DNA of 64,000 nucleotides from a virus: IMG/VR virus record IMGVR_UViG_3300042923_000307, positions 5,663 to 69,662 of that record; one strand, 5' to 3'. Shown piece by piece: positions 19,301 to 27,086 of this stretch (position 1 is its first letter; each line of letters starts with the position of its first letter). The notes under the pieces were generated by a model. It saw only the letters and a program-made list of their open reading frames with translations, ran no database searches and was not told where the DNA came from. The position numbers and the translations under genes were made by a program.

Positions 19301-20481
19301 TGAGCGACAAGCACATAGTACACCAATCTGCTGGTGAAATAAAGTCTAGCGCTTTATTAGCTAGTAGCATGAACTCTGTAAAAGTTGAACCAGGTGGTCT
19401 ATTCGATGAGTCTGTAACAGGTGGTTTAAAAGGTAAAAATTGGGCTCATATGGAACTATCTGAGCACATTATAAACCCACTATTTGGTAACGTAGTAAAG
19501 ACTATGCTTGGTGGTACAGACCCTTATGAAATGAAACCATCAGATGTAAAGGCACAACTAGCTAAAATAGATGTTGATAAACGTATAGCTGAAATTCGCT
19601 CAGCTCTTGGTAGTACTAAAGGTAGTCCTCGAGATAAACTACTTAAAGAGCTACGGTACTTAATGGCAGCTAAGAAACTAGGTATGCACCCAAAAGACTA
19701 CGTACTGTCTAAGTTCCCAATACTACCACCACAATTCAGACCTGTTTACCCATCACAGTCAGGCGGTGTGCCGATGGTATCCGATATTAACTATCTATAC
19801 CGTGATATGATGAACGTAAACAATGAATTGTCTAAACTTAAAGACTTCCCAGAGACTGACCCTACAAAGCTTAAGCTACGTAAAGACTTACAGCAGGCCG
19901 CAGGTGCTATCGTAGGCGTAATGAAACCTGTTAATAAGAAGAGCGAGAAGCAAGACCTTCAAGGTGTTGTACCACTCTTAACAGGAGGTAAACTTGATGG
20001 AGGCGGTACTTCAAAAGAGAGCTTCTTCCACCGTAAGTTAATGAAGCGTAACCAGGATTTAACAGGTCGTGGTACGATTCTACCAGACCCTAGTTTGCAC
20101 GTTGACTACGCTAAGATACCTATAGACATGGCGCACCAGTTATTCAAACCATTCGTAATTAATAACTTGGTTAAAAAGGGCCTAACACCTATCCAGGCAG
20201 CTAAAGACGTAGCCGACAGAACACACATAGCATCTAGGGCGTTAGAGGAAGAGATGGAACGCAGACCAATACTATTAAACCGTGCCCCAACTCTTCACAA
20301 GTACAACATGATGGCATTTAAACCTGTAGCCGTAGAAGGCAAGTCTATATTCATACCACCTCTAATTATCAAAGGGTTCAACGCCGACTTTGATGGTGAT
20401 AGTGTCGCAGGTGATACGTACGTTATTGTACAAGACACTGACGGAACAGTACGCTTGGTGAAAATAAAAGACGTTGAATAG
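16354..20481 (+). CDS. phage multisubunit DNA-directed RNA polymerase: fused beta + N-terminal half of beta', ending in a split-intein N-fragment
   Basis: beta motifs (NQMRLRPG, ARNLHPSHFGFLDP, HNDQGNRVTMASRM, GWNHEDG, GDKLTGVHGNKG) then beta' motifs (GGLFD, PILPPQFRP, ILLNRAPTLH, NADFDGD). Confidence 0.92.
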   Translation: MYLDMHEKWDVIKRHVTDGIRSLFPIEVPKGRVELISVEMKEPENLVSSQREALIKGGSLTASVYGTFRLTDGHGGTVDTAKIKILDLPLITHRGTFVVQGKDYSVFNQMRLRPGVYTTKSEESGDVTSRFNLGKGLGFKIELSPNEGIFYVRFDKSKASTSSPKIPLYSLVRVLGAADSDIKARWGERIYNANHDKSHIIEDARKIVDLTVYGAKRTGNDVEDIRNYFNDTQLNGDTTKVTLGSSYDRVQAGALLDATAKMVHVYSGAEHEDDMDSLLFKEILSVEDHLMLRIQKGIKDTGVLTKIKRKIGEEKELRKIIPTNMLTKLIETFYTTSSLASPQTEINPIEILETNHKITAMGEGGIKSEHGIPMSARNLHPSHFGFLDPVRTTESTRVGVDLRTTHNSEVKNRNIYTTFIDRKGAKVSLRPIDLSGKTIGFPGQEGHKIVRVLLNGEMKEVPAASVDYWMEKSKDMFTYTSNLVPFLHNDQGNRVTMASRMVTQAVPLVHREAPLVQVEDESEHGTFQKRLGTEFFSPKAPEDGTVNEIGEGFIRINNRKVDLYHNFPLNEKTYIHMTPLFKVGDKVKKGQIVAESNFTKDGTLAIGTNLRTAYIGYKGWNHEDGMVISQHAATKLTSQHMYVKEVEKSDDVTVDKNRLIKFFPSKITAEQMRKLDDEGVAQKGQTIHKGDYVIAALAKRDLTNSDMMLSKLRGALANPYKDVSEVWDHDRPGTVTDVIRNGNLVRVILTTEDETRVGDKLTGVHGNKGTVTLILPNHEMPKDKDGKHIDMLWNTAGVISRVNPGQLYEAMAGKIAAKTGSPYIVKNFSPEDSSRKVINELKAHGLKPEEDLYDAKTGRHLGEVFVGNPHVLKLHKQTEGNFAARFTKNYDVNLQPAKGGEEGSKAIGLQDVYALLGHNARANLHEMGAYKSQRNEEFWDSVRIGLPIPPAKEPFAFEKFKSLIGAAGIHVNKGKDAYTIAPMSDKHIVHQSAGEIKSSALLASSMNSVKVEPGGLFDESVTGGLKGKNWAHMELSEHIINPLFGNVVKTMLGGTDPYEMKPSDVKAQLAKIDVDKRIAEIRSALGSTKGSPRDKLLKELRYLMAAKKLGMHPKDYVLSKFPILPPQFRPVYPSQSGGVPMVSDINYLYRDMMNVNNELSKLKDFPETDPTKLKLRKDLQQAAGAIVGVMKPVNKKSEKQDLQGVVPLLTGGKLDGGGTSKESFFHRKLMKRNQDLTGRGTILPDPSLHVDYAKIPIDMAHQLFKPFVINNLVKKGLTPIQAAKDVADRTHIASRALEEEMERRPILLNRAPTLHKYNMMAFKPVAVEGKSIFIPPLIIKGFNADFDGDSVAGDTYVIVQDTDGTVRLVKIKDVE
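20401..20478 (+). other. 26-aa split-intein N-fragment (Ser1, cysteine-free)
   Basis: SVAGDTYVIVQDTDGTVRLVKIKDVE immediately after NADFDGD resembles intein block A (C/S-h-x-G-D-T-x-V...G...I-x-D); the protein stops here although beta' normally continues for hundreds of residues. Confidence 0.78.
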
Positions 20482-20506
20482 GGAGCCGAAAGGCTCTCTT
20501 TTCTTT
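20482..20506 (+). terminator. intrinsic terminator after RNAP gene
   Basis: ggagcc-gaaa-ggctct followed by cttttcttt. Confidence 0.75.
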
Positions 20507-20523
20507 ATCGAAAATAGACCCAT

Positions 20524-20549
20524 AATTGTGGTATACGTATTGTGTAGAC
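20524..20549 (+). promoter_or_regulatory. class-A phage promoter (TGGTATAnGTATnnTGTAG), exact 26-bp duplicate at 20771-20796
   Basis: aattgtggtatacgtattgtgtagac occurs twice, each upstream of small ORFs. Confidence 0.75.
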
Positions 20550-20583
20550 GGTTATTAATATTAAATATTTGGGGGAATTAATA

Positions 20584-20748
20584 ATGGGAGCATTTATAGC
20601 ATGTGCGATTACTGGTGTAATAGGTTTTGGGGCAGGAGCTCTAGTAGGGGCAGCTGTAATAATTAATATGCCTCTTGAACAGATAGCAGCAATGAAAGAG
20701 GAAATTAACCAAAGAGCGTCCAGAAGACAGTGGCAGAATAACGCGTAG
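20584..20748 (+). CDS. small membrane protein (54 aa, not in ORF track)
   Basis: GGGGGA RBS; MGAFIACAITGVIGFGAGALVGAAVII TM segment. Confidence 0.6.
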   Translation: MGAFIACAITGVIGFGAGALVGAAVIINMPLEQIAAMKEEINQRASRRQWQNNA

Positions 20749-20770
20749 ATTTAATCAGAAATAACTAAAG

Positions 20771-20796
20771 AATTGTGGTATACGTATTGTGTAGAC
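20771..20796 (+). promoter_or_regulatory. class-A phage promoter, second copy
   Basis: Identical to 20524-20549. Confidence 0.75.
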
Positions 20797-20831
20797 AAGT
20801 ATTATAATAAAATTAATTGGAGGTAATTATA

Positions 20832-21083
20832 GTGGAACAACAAGTAATTGATGCGGTTGCTGATAAAGGTATTTTAAACATGGAGAACGGTATTAAAGTA
20901 TTCGCAGCTGTTGGTGCATTAGCTATAGGCGTAGTTACGTACAGAGCATTCAGGAACGTATGTAACAAACAAAAACAAAAACAAAAAGAAAATACTGTAC
21001 GTAAAGATAGTGGTAAAACTACAGTTAAAGAAACTATCGATGTAGAGGCTGAAGTTGTAGTAGAGTCCGATAAGGTATCGTAG
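20832..21083 (+). CDS. small single-pass membrane protein (ENGIK family)
   Basis: GGAGG RBS then GTG; ENGIKVFAAVGALAIGV. Confidence 0.7.
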   Translation: MEQQVIDAVADKGILNMENGIKVFAAVGALAIGVVTYRAFRNVCNKQKQKQKENTVRKDSGKTTVKETIDVEAEVVVESDKVS

Positions 21084-21194
21084 GTGGGAATTAGCTCTCT
21101 ATAGAGTTTATGGAGAATCATAGATTCTATAGAGGGCTAATCTACTTGATGTCCTAGATATATTAAAATAATAAAAATAATGGAGGAATTTATA

Positions 21195-21461
21195 ATGAAT
21201 GAACAAGTACTTAATGTGGTGGAAAACGCAGCGGATGTGGTTGAAAAACAGGGTTTACTAACTAAGGAAAATGGTATTAAAGCACTAGCTGTAATAGGAG
21301 CAGCAACAGTTGTATATGGCGGTTACAAGGTACTAATGTTTGGTATTAATAAAGTAAGAAAACCAAAGGCAACAGAGACTGTTAAAGAAACAACTCAAAC
21401 TACAGAAACAAAGCAAACTACAGAAGAAGTAGTTGAAGAAGTAAAAGTAGAAAGTAAGTAA
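21195..21461 (+). CDS. small single-pass membrane protein (ENGIK family)
   Basis: GGAGG RBS; ENGIKALAVIGAATVVYGGY. Confidence 0.7.
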   Translation: MNEQVLNVVENAADVVEKQGLLTKENGIKALAVIGAATVVYGGYKVLMFGINKVRKPKATETVKETTQTTETKQTTEEVVEEVKVESK

Positions 21462-21515
21462 TCCATAGGATTAGGGTGGCGAGGTGCTGCCCTTTAAATT
21501 TAAGGAGGTACTGAT

Positions 21516-21827
21516 ATGAATGTTAGTGCTGAGGTTGCCCAGAAAGTTCAAGAGATAATGAGCAGCAGGGAGTTTATAGACAACGCGGTACTGAGTGCTG
21601 TAGAAAGTGAAAAATTTCTGGATGCTGTAAAGAACGTAATGACCGACGCAATGGACGGTCAGGATGTTGTCGTAGTTATAAATGAAGCTGCGGAACCTGC
21701 AAATCGCGGTGGTAGTATAGTAACAGTAGAGAATGGTGTTAAGCTCTTAGCAGTCGTTGGTGTTGCTGCTACTGTGTACGTAGGTTTTAACTACGGTGCT
21801 AAAATGGTAGATAAATTTAGAAAATAG
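21516..21827 (+). CDS. small membrane protein (ENGVK family)
   Basis: AGGAGG RBS; ENGVKLLAVVGVAATVYVGF. Confidence 0.7.
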   Translation: MNVSAEVAQKVQEIMSSREFIDNAVLSAVESEKFLDAVKNVMTDAMDGQDVVVVINEAAEPANRGGSIVTVENGVKLLAVVGVAATVYVGFNYGAKMVDKFRK

Positions 21828-21840
21828 GGGGGTATGTACT

Positions 21841-21981
21841 ATGTCGGAGAAGAAGAGTGGTGATGAAGAGCGTCAACGTAAAATAGATGGCGCAGTAGCC
21901 CTGATTGCAATACGTCACGCGCAGATGGTTGCAGAGGAGAAGTACCTTACAGCTAAACGTAGCGGCAAATGGTATAAGTAA
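21841..21981 (+). CDS. small hypothetical protein (46 aa, not in ORF track)
   Basis: G-rich RBS, ATG...TAA. Confidence 0.45.
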   Translation: MSEKKSGDEERQRKIDGAVALIAIRHAQMVAEEKYLTAKRSGKWYK

Positions 21982-22100
21982 TAAGTAGGAGGAGAGTTTA
22001 GCACACCTAGTAAAAGTCTAACTGCAGCGTTTAACTATCATAGTTATAGATGTTGTAAGGTCGAAAGACTACATTTGCAGGAATGGGAGAGATTGTACAA

Positions 22101-22226
22101 ATGAATACTGGTGATTTAATTGGTGTAGCGGTTTTGTTCGCTGGTGCAGCAATCGTGGCTATTGTAGTAGATAAACGCAAAGAAATTATACGTAAACAGA
22201 AAGAGGCACGACATACTAACGATTAA
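22101..22226 (+). CDS. small membrane protein (41 aa, not in ORF track)
   Basis: GGGAG RBS; LIGVAVLFAGAAIVAIVV then basic tail. Confidence 0.55.
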   Translation: MNTGDLIGVAVLFAGAAIVAIVVDKRKEIIRKQKEARHTND

Positions 22227-22242
22227 AAGGAATGGAAGGTAG

Positions 22243-22803
22243 ATGAAAATGGATTCAAACATACGCACCATCACCGCAGAAGACTTGGAGTCTGTCGTAC
22301 AAGGCATAAACTACGCGGTTGTCAAACAGTCGAAGAGTCTCAGCGGTGATATCAATTTGTTCGTCAAAATAGACGGCAAAGAGATAACAGCAGATACCGA
22401 GTCCGCCTGGACTGTAAGTCAATACCGTGACATACATAAAGGGATGCCAAATGCGATACTATATGACTGCGGTAAGGACGGGGTAGAATTAGTTGTGAAG
22501 TATCCGAATGGTTTCGGGCTTAGTGCTATAAGTACACCGCGTATCAAAGGTGGTAGGGGTTGTATAGAGGTAGCTATTAAATGTGGGAAGATGGTTACTT
22601 ATGGAACACCCGTAGCGGATGATTTCCTAGAAGATATAACAGTAGATGAATTAGTCGTAATTATGAACCATGTATCTCATATAGACCCCTCAGGTATGGA
22701 ATACGTGGCGGACTTTGTACCAGAAGAACGTTATAAAAATAAGAGCGTACTGCGGGAGGTATTTAAATGGTACAAGGTGGGGAAGAACTTCATGCTAAAG
22801 TAG
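22243..22803 (+). CDS. hypothetical protein
   Basis: 186-aa ORF with GGAAGG RBS. Confidence 0.65.
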   Translation: MKMDSNIRTITAEDLESVVQGINYAVVKQSKSLSGDINLFVKIDGKEITADTESAWTVSQYRDIHKGMPNAILYDCGKDGVELVVKYPNGFGLSAISTPRIKGGRGCIEVAIKCGKMVTYGTPVADDFLEDITVDELVVIMNHVSHIDPSGMEYVADFVPEERYKNKSVLREVFKWYKVGKNFMLK

Positions 22804-23000
22804 ACACAAAGCCAGAGAACACGAACATAAAGGCTGAGGATATTGCTGTTGCGGCGATATTCTCCGCGTTAGGGGCCGCTGCACCAGAGATTGTAAAAGA
22901 CCCAACTGCCAGGTGGGTTTGCTGTTTAGGTATAGGATTATGCGTAGGTATTTACGGAACAAATATGGCTGTAGAGTTTAAAAATAGGGAGGAAAAATGA
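22767..23000 (+). CDS. small membrane protein
   Basis: GGGAGG RBS; two hydrophobic segments. Confidence 0.55.
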   Translation: MVQGGEELHAKVDTKPENTNIKAEDIAVAAIFSALGAAAPEIVKDPTARWVCCLGIGLCVGIYGTNMAVEFKNREEK

Positions 23001-23164
23001 TGGACGCGATTATAGAAAGTGCCAACAAGATTATAGCTGATAAGGGTATAGAACGAACAGTTCGGGTTCTAGCCATTGTAGGTGTCTACACAACAGGTAA
23101 GCTGGTTGTTAAGGGTGGTCGTAAAGTACTTTCGATTATAAGAGAAAATAAGGGGGAAAAATAA
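22997..23164 (+). CDS. small protein (55 aa, not in ORF track), related to the ENGIK family
   Basis: GGGAGG RBS; IADKGI...VLAIVGV resembles VADKGI...FAAVGA of the 20832 ORF. Confidence 0.55.
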   Translation: MMDAIIESANKIIADKGIERTVRVLAIVGVYTTGKLVVKGGRKVLSIIRENKGEK

Positions 23165-23446
23165 ATGGAACAACAAGTGGTTGAAGCGGTTGTAGACGCC
23201 GTTGAAAAGAAAGGCTTCACTGGTGTAGAGTTAGGGTTCGCAGCTGTAGGGGTTGCAGCCGTTGGTATAGGTATGTATAACATTATCAGTGCTGTTCGGA
23301 GTAACGTAAAAGACGTAAAGAACCTTGGCGCTGACTTCGTAGCGGGTATGGAGGACCTCGAAAAAGACCCTAAATTCAAGAAGGTCCGTGAGACATTCGC
23401 TAAAGAAACTGTAGATAAGAAGATGGAATCGAAGGAGGCATGCTAA
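23165..23446 (+). CDS. small single-pass membrane protein
   Basis: MEQQVVEAV start nearly identical to 20832 ORF (VEQQVIDAV); FAAVGVAAVGIG TM. Confidence 0.7.
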   Translation: MEQQVVEAVVDAVEKKGFTGVELGFAAVGVAAVGIGMYNIISAVRSNVKDVKNLGADFVAGMEDLEKDPKFKKVRETFAKETVDKKMESKEAC

Positions 23447-23447
23447 C

Positions 23448-23867
23448 ATGGTTATCGGTTATGCAACACTTATCGGCGTTGGTGTACTGGGTATGGCGAT
23501 TGAAGGCACCATCGGCGGTATTAGCCCTAAGAGGAAGAGGAAAAGCTCTCTAGGTGAGATACTCGTACGTGTAGTAAAGGAGACTGTTAATGACGCATAC
23601 GAGGAGATAATCAGGAAAGAAGCTATAAACGCTGAAAATGATAAGACAACCTCTAAAGATGAAACAGTTAAAAAGGTAGAGGACATTATAGAAGACGCTG
23701 TAAAGGCTAATAAGGAAGATGAAGTTAGCTCAGCTAAAAGCACTGTAGTTGTTGAGCCTGATAATGTTATAATAATGCCGAATGATAGCCCAGATGTAGC
23801 GGACGCTAAAGTGGAGGCTAAAAAAGAAAAAGAACAAGAGGTAAAAACAACAATAATTAGAAAGTAG
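23448..23867 (+). CDS. membrane-anchored charged protein
   Basis: N-terminal TM then E/K-rich tail. Confidence 0.65.
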   Translation: MVIGYATLIGVGVLGMAIEGTIGGISPKRKRKSSLGEILVRVVKETVNDAYEEIIRKEAINAENDKTTSKDETVKKVEDIIEDAVKANKEDEVSSAKSTVVVEPDNVIIMPNDSPDVADAKVEAKKEKEQEVKTTIIRK

Positions 23868-23875
23868 GTGTCGGT

Positions 23876-24118
23876 ATGAGAATCGTTAGTGTTAGGTCTA
23901 TGAATCAAGGTGAAAGCTTCGCATGTATTGTTAAAGTAATCGATGACTTCAGGGCCTATGTTGAAGCTAACGAGGACAATGTCGATTGCAAAAAATCACA
24001 TGTCGAAACTACGGAGGATAAGGTCAAGTGCCTTCGTAATACTAGCCTTATTACAAGGAAGTACTTCTTCCGCTTGTATACTATGATGGCTAAGCAAGGG
24101 GTGAATCAATGTGCATAA
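23876..24118 (+). CDS. hypothetical protein
   Basis: ORF in co-oriented run. Confidence 0.5.
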   Translation: MRIVSVRSMNQGESFACIVKVIDDFRAYVEANEDNVDCKKSHVETTEDKVKCLRNTSLITRKYFFRLYTMMAKQGVNQCA

Positions 24119-24323
24119 AGTCACATTCTCGTATAATAAAATAAAGCAGAGTTTCAAGGTAAACTCACACAACCATCATACTCAGGTTTTGATACCTGGA
24201 CTAGAGGTTGATGAGATTCAGGTCACAAGCCCTCGACCATTCTCTGTTGAGGTAGTACATAATATTGGCAACCCTATGCCATCCACAATTAAGTCGAAAC
24301 CGATAGGGCGTAAACCAGAGTAG
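24111..24323 (+). CDS. hypothetical protein
   Basis: ORF in co-oriented run, followed by terminator 24338-24365. Confidence 0.5.
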   Translation: MHKVTFSYNKIKQSFKVNSHNHHTQVLIPGLEVDEIQVTSPRPFSVEVVHNIGNPMPSTIKSKPIGRKPE

Positions 24324-24385
24324 ATTGGTATAGTACAAGCCTCTGAGCGAGAGGCTTTTCTTTAATTATATAGTTGGAGGAACTT

Positions 24386-24988
24386 ATGGATATAAATAGT
24401 TTTAAAGTTGTAGATAAGTATGACGTAAATGATAGAGAGACACAGAGAATAGACACACCGAATGGGATACATGTTATTGTCAGTATGGGTGCTACGTATG
24501 AAAGGCGAAGTATAAGACTAGTGCGTATGTCTGAACCAACAGTGGTGTGCGACCCACGTACGCTACTATCTCCTAGACGTATGGCTCACATGAATAACCA
24601 ATTATACCGTGGTAATTTTATGGGACCAGAGTCATTCTATCTACATATGTCATCGAACCGCATGTACCCTTTATATCTCATAATAAAGTATGCTGGAGTA
24701 CCCGACGAACCAGATGTAGATGCTTACCCACACTCAATTCTTGACACTTTTGTGGTAAGTAACATCGAGGAATGGTACCACTTACGTAATTGGATGTGGC
24801 AACAAGCTAGAGATAGCGGCAGTAATTTAAGCTCTATATCATGGATAGATAGGTTAAACCATAATAAATCATATCCCCTAGTGGTACGATTTTTCGTCGA
24901 TGCGGATGATGGTTGGGATATCGATTTTCAACATCTTACAAAGGAAATGATGCTAGATATAGCAAGGCAGATACGGCGCTTAATATAG
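24386..24988 (+). CDS. hypothetical protein
   Basis: GGAGG RBS before ATG at 24386. Confidence 0.65.
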   Translation: MDINSFKVVDKYDVNDRETQRIDTPNGIHVIVSMGATYERRSIRLVRMSEPTVVCDPRTLLSPRRMAHMNNQLYRGNFMGPESFYLHMSSNRMYPLYLIIKYAGVPDEPDVDAYPHSILDTFVVSNIEEWYHLRNWMWQQARDSGSNLSSISWIDRLNHNKSYPLVVRFFVDADDGWDIDFQHLTKEMMLDIARQIRRLI

Positions 24989-25022
24989 CGCCATTTTTTT
25001 TAGTATCGATTCTTACACACGT

Positions 25023-25031
25023 AGGTATAAT
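25023..25031 (+). promoter_or_regulatory. AGGTATAAT (class-B) promoter upstream of terminase
   Basis: Same motif as before other structural operons. Confidence 0.55.
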
Positions 25032-25054
25032 ATTACGTGTTAGGAGTTGATACT

Positions 25055-26701
25055 ATGTTAATTGCACCACCTAAGAAAAAAACGGTGAGCATTACTAGGG
25101 CTGATTACGCACAGAGCATACTATGGCTAGATGGTAAACCATTTAGTGTAGCTGCTGTGCCATACATGATACCAATTATTAATTGTGATACAGAGAAGAC
25201 TATCTTAATGACAGGTCGTCAGGTAGGTAAGTCCACAACGTTGTCCGCTACAATACTAACCGAGCAGACAGCTATACCACATTATCGTACATTATACGTA
25301 GCACCTCGTGGTGACCAGGTGTCACAGTTCTCAGGTGACCGTTTAGCCCATATGATTACCCACTCACCTATGATTCAGAAGTATTACGTTAGTAGTAAAG
25401 TAGTACAGCAGTCACACGCCAAAGGGTTTACAAATGGTAGCATGACATTCCTACGCTCTTGTTACCACACAGCGGATGGTATCCGTGGTATATCAGCTAA
25501 CAGCATATTCATCGATGAGGTTCAAGATATTATACTTGATAACATACCAGTTATTGAAGAGTGTGCTGCCCGTAAAAACCCTAAGCGTATGATATTCTGT
25601 GGAACACCTAAGACATTTGATAATGCTATACAAAAGTTATGGGAGCAGTCAACACAGCATTACTGGGCGTTAAAATGTACGCACTGTGGTTTCTGGAATG
25701 TTCCTATACAGTTTGAAAACCTAAGTAAAGAGTTTTTATGCTGCTCTAAATGTAAAGGTCAGTTAAACGCTGTAGAAGGAGAATACGTTGCTAAACACCC
25801 TGACCGTGATTTCGTAGGATTCCATATATCACAGGCTATGGTTGCGGGCGTACCAGGAACTAATGTACCGTGGAGCAGGTTATATGAAAAAGTAGAGAAC
25901 CCATTGTACGGTATTGGTAAGATGTACAATGAGTGCTTAGGATTCTCTTACGACAGTGGTAGTAAATTACTTACAGAGTCGGATATTCGTAAGTGCTGTG
26001 ACCCTGATATGAATGTTCTTACTACGGATAGAAGAGCAGAGTGGGGTATGCAGTCTGTGTGCGCTGGTGTTGACTGGGGTGTACTAGGCGGTAACACACA
26101 TACTGTTGTTACTATTGGGGGCATAGACAAGGATTTAAAACTTCGTGTTATATACTCGCAAAAATTCCCCGTTGACCAAAACCCTACAGAACAGGTAGAT
26201 GAAATAGCTGGTATAATAAATAAAGCTGGCGTTTCCGTTGTAGCAGCTGACCGTGGAGGGGGTGTTTACGCAAACGCCTTTCTCAGAAAGAAGCTAGCGT
26301 ATGCATCCCTACATGAAATAGAGTATAAAGCCAAGGTAAACGCTGGTATGCAGTACAACGCACAAGCAAGGTCGTGGATGACAGACCGTACTAGAGCTAT
26401 GGCTGGTGTTATAATTGATATTAAGAGTGAGCGTATGGCGCTACCACGTTTTGAGGTAATGTCCGCGAATGATTTTAATACAGATTTGCTAACGCTATCA
26501 TGTGAGTACAATGAACGTATACGCGCTTTCCAAATTATACGCGACATAAATACCCCAGATGATTTCGCCCATACACTCGTTTATCTCCGTATAGCAGCTA
26601 AATGTATAGCTCCATCCCCACGGGCAATAGTGCACGAATTAGAGGAGTTTATGCCACCACCAGGAATGTTAATAGAGGACGACAATATGCCACCCTACTA
26701 G
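25055..26701 (+). CDS. terL: terminase large subunit
   Basis: Walker A GRQVGKST, LYVAP, IRGIS, Walker B IFIDE, GTPK coupling motif, nuclease GVDWG / AADRGG / PDDFAH; start at ATG 25055 after AGGAG. Confidence 0.9.
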   Translation: MLIAPPKKKTVSITRADYAQSILWLDGKPFSVAAVPYMIPIINCDTEKTILMTGRQVGKSTTLSATILTEQTAIPHYRTLYVAPRGDQVSQFSGDRLAHMITHSPMIQKYYVSSKVVQQSHAKGFTNGSMTFLRSCYHTADGIRGISANSIFIDEVQDIILDNIPVIEECAARKNPKRMIFCGTPKTFDNAIQKLWEQSTQHYWALKCTHCGFWNVPIQFENLSKEFLCCSKCKGQLNAVEGEYVAKHPDRDFVGFHISQAMVAGVPGTNVPWSRLYEKVENPLYGIGKMYNECLGFSYDSGSKLLTESDIRKCCDPDMNVLTTDRRAEWGMQSVCAGVDWGVLGGNTHTVVTIGGIDKDLKLRVIYSQKFPVDQNPTEQVDEIAGIINKAGVSVVAADRGGGVYANAFLRKKLAYASLHEIEYKAKVNAGMQYNAQARSWMTDRTRAMAGVIIDIKSERMALPRFEVMSANDFNTDLLTLSCEYNERIRAFQIIRDINTPDDFAHTLVYLRIAAKCIAPSPRAIVHELEEFMPPPGMLIEDDNMPPY

Positions 26702-26741
26702 GGTGGTCTTTTTTGTTATAAGTACTATGATGGAGGTGTTT

Positions 26742-27071
26742 ATGGTGGAAACTCTTGTTATTAAAAACACAATACGCGGAGGTAAAAACATTGAGCACTT
26801 TGGTGATATTATAGTACTTGGTGATGTTTACCCAGGCACAGAGGTACGTGCTGGCGGTAATATCGTAGTTATGGGTTGTGCTCAAGGTACCCTAATAGCA
26901 GGAACAGTAACAGGTGATGCAGCGATTATCACCGTTGGAAGGTTCCAGTGTCCTCATATAAAGATAGGTAAATTCTCAGCAAGGCAAGAGACAATCAACC
27001 CTAGGGGCGCAGAGTACCTAGCCGTTGAGAAAGGTCAACTAATATCTAAAGTTATAAAAACCCAAAGTTAA
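26742..27071 (+). CDS. minC: septum site-determining protein MinC, C-terminal domain only
   Basis: TIRGGKNIEHFGDIIVLGDVYPGTEVRAGGNIVVMGCAQGTLIAG is the MinC_C beta-helix signature; GGAGG RBS. Confidence 0.85.
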   Translation: MVETLVIKNTIRGGKNIEHFGDIIVLGDVYPGTEVRAGGNIVVMGCAQGTLIAGTVTGDAAIITVGRFQCPHIKIGKFSARQETINPRGAEYLAVEKGQLISKVIKTQS

Positions 27072-27086
27072 TAGGAGGTTAGAGGG

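Noticed and set aside
21985-22085. Possible ribozyme or riboswitch (stems plus GAAA tetraloop)
   Set aside because: Some pairing is visible but no recognisable catalytic core or aptamer consensus; too weak to call
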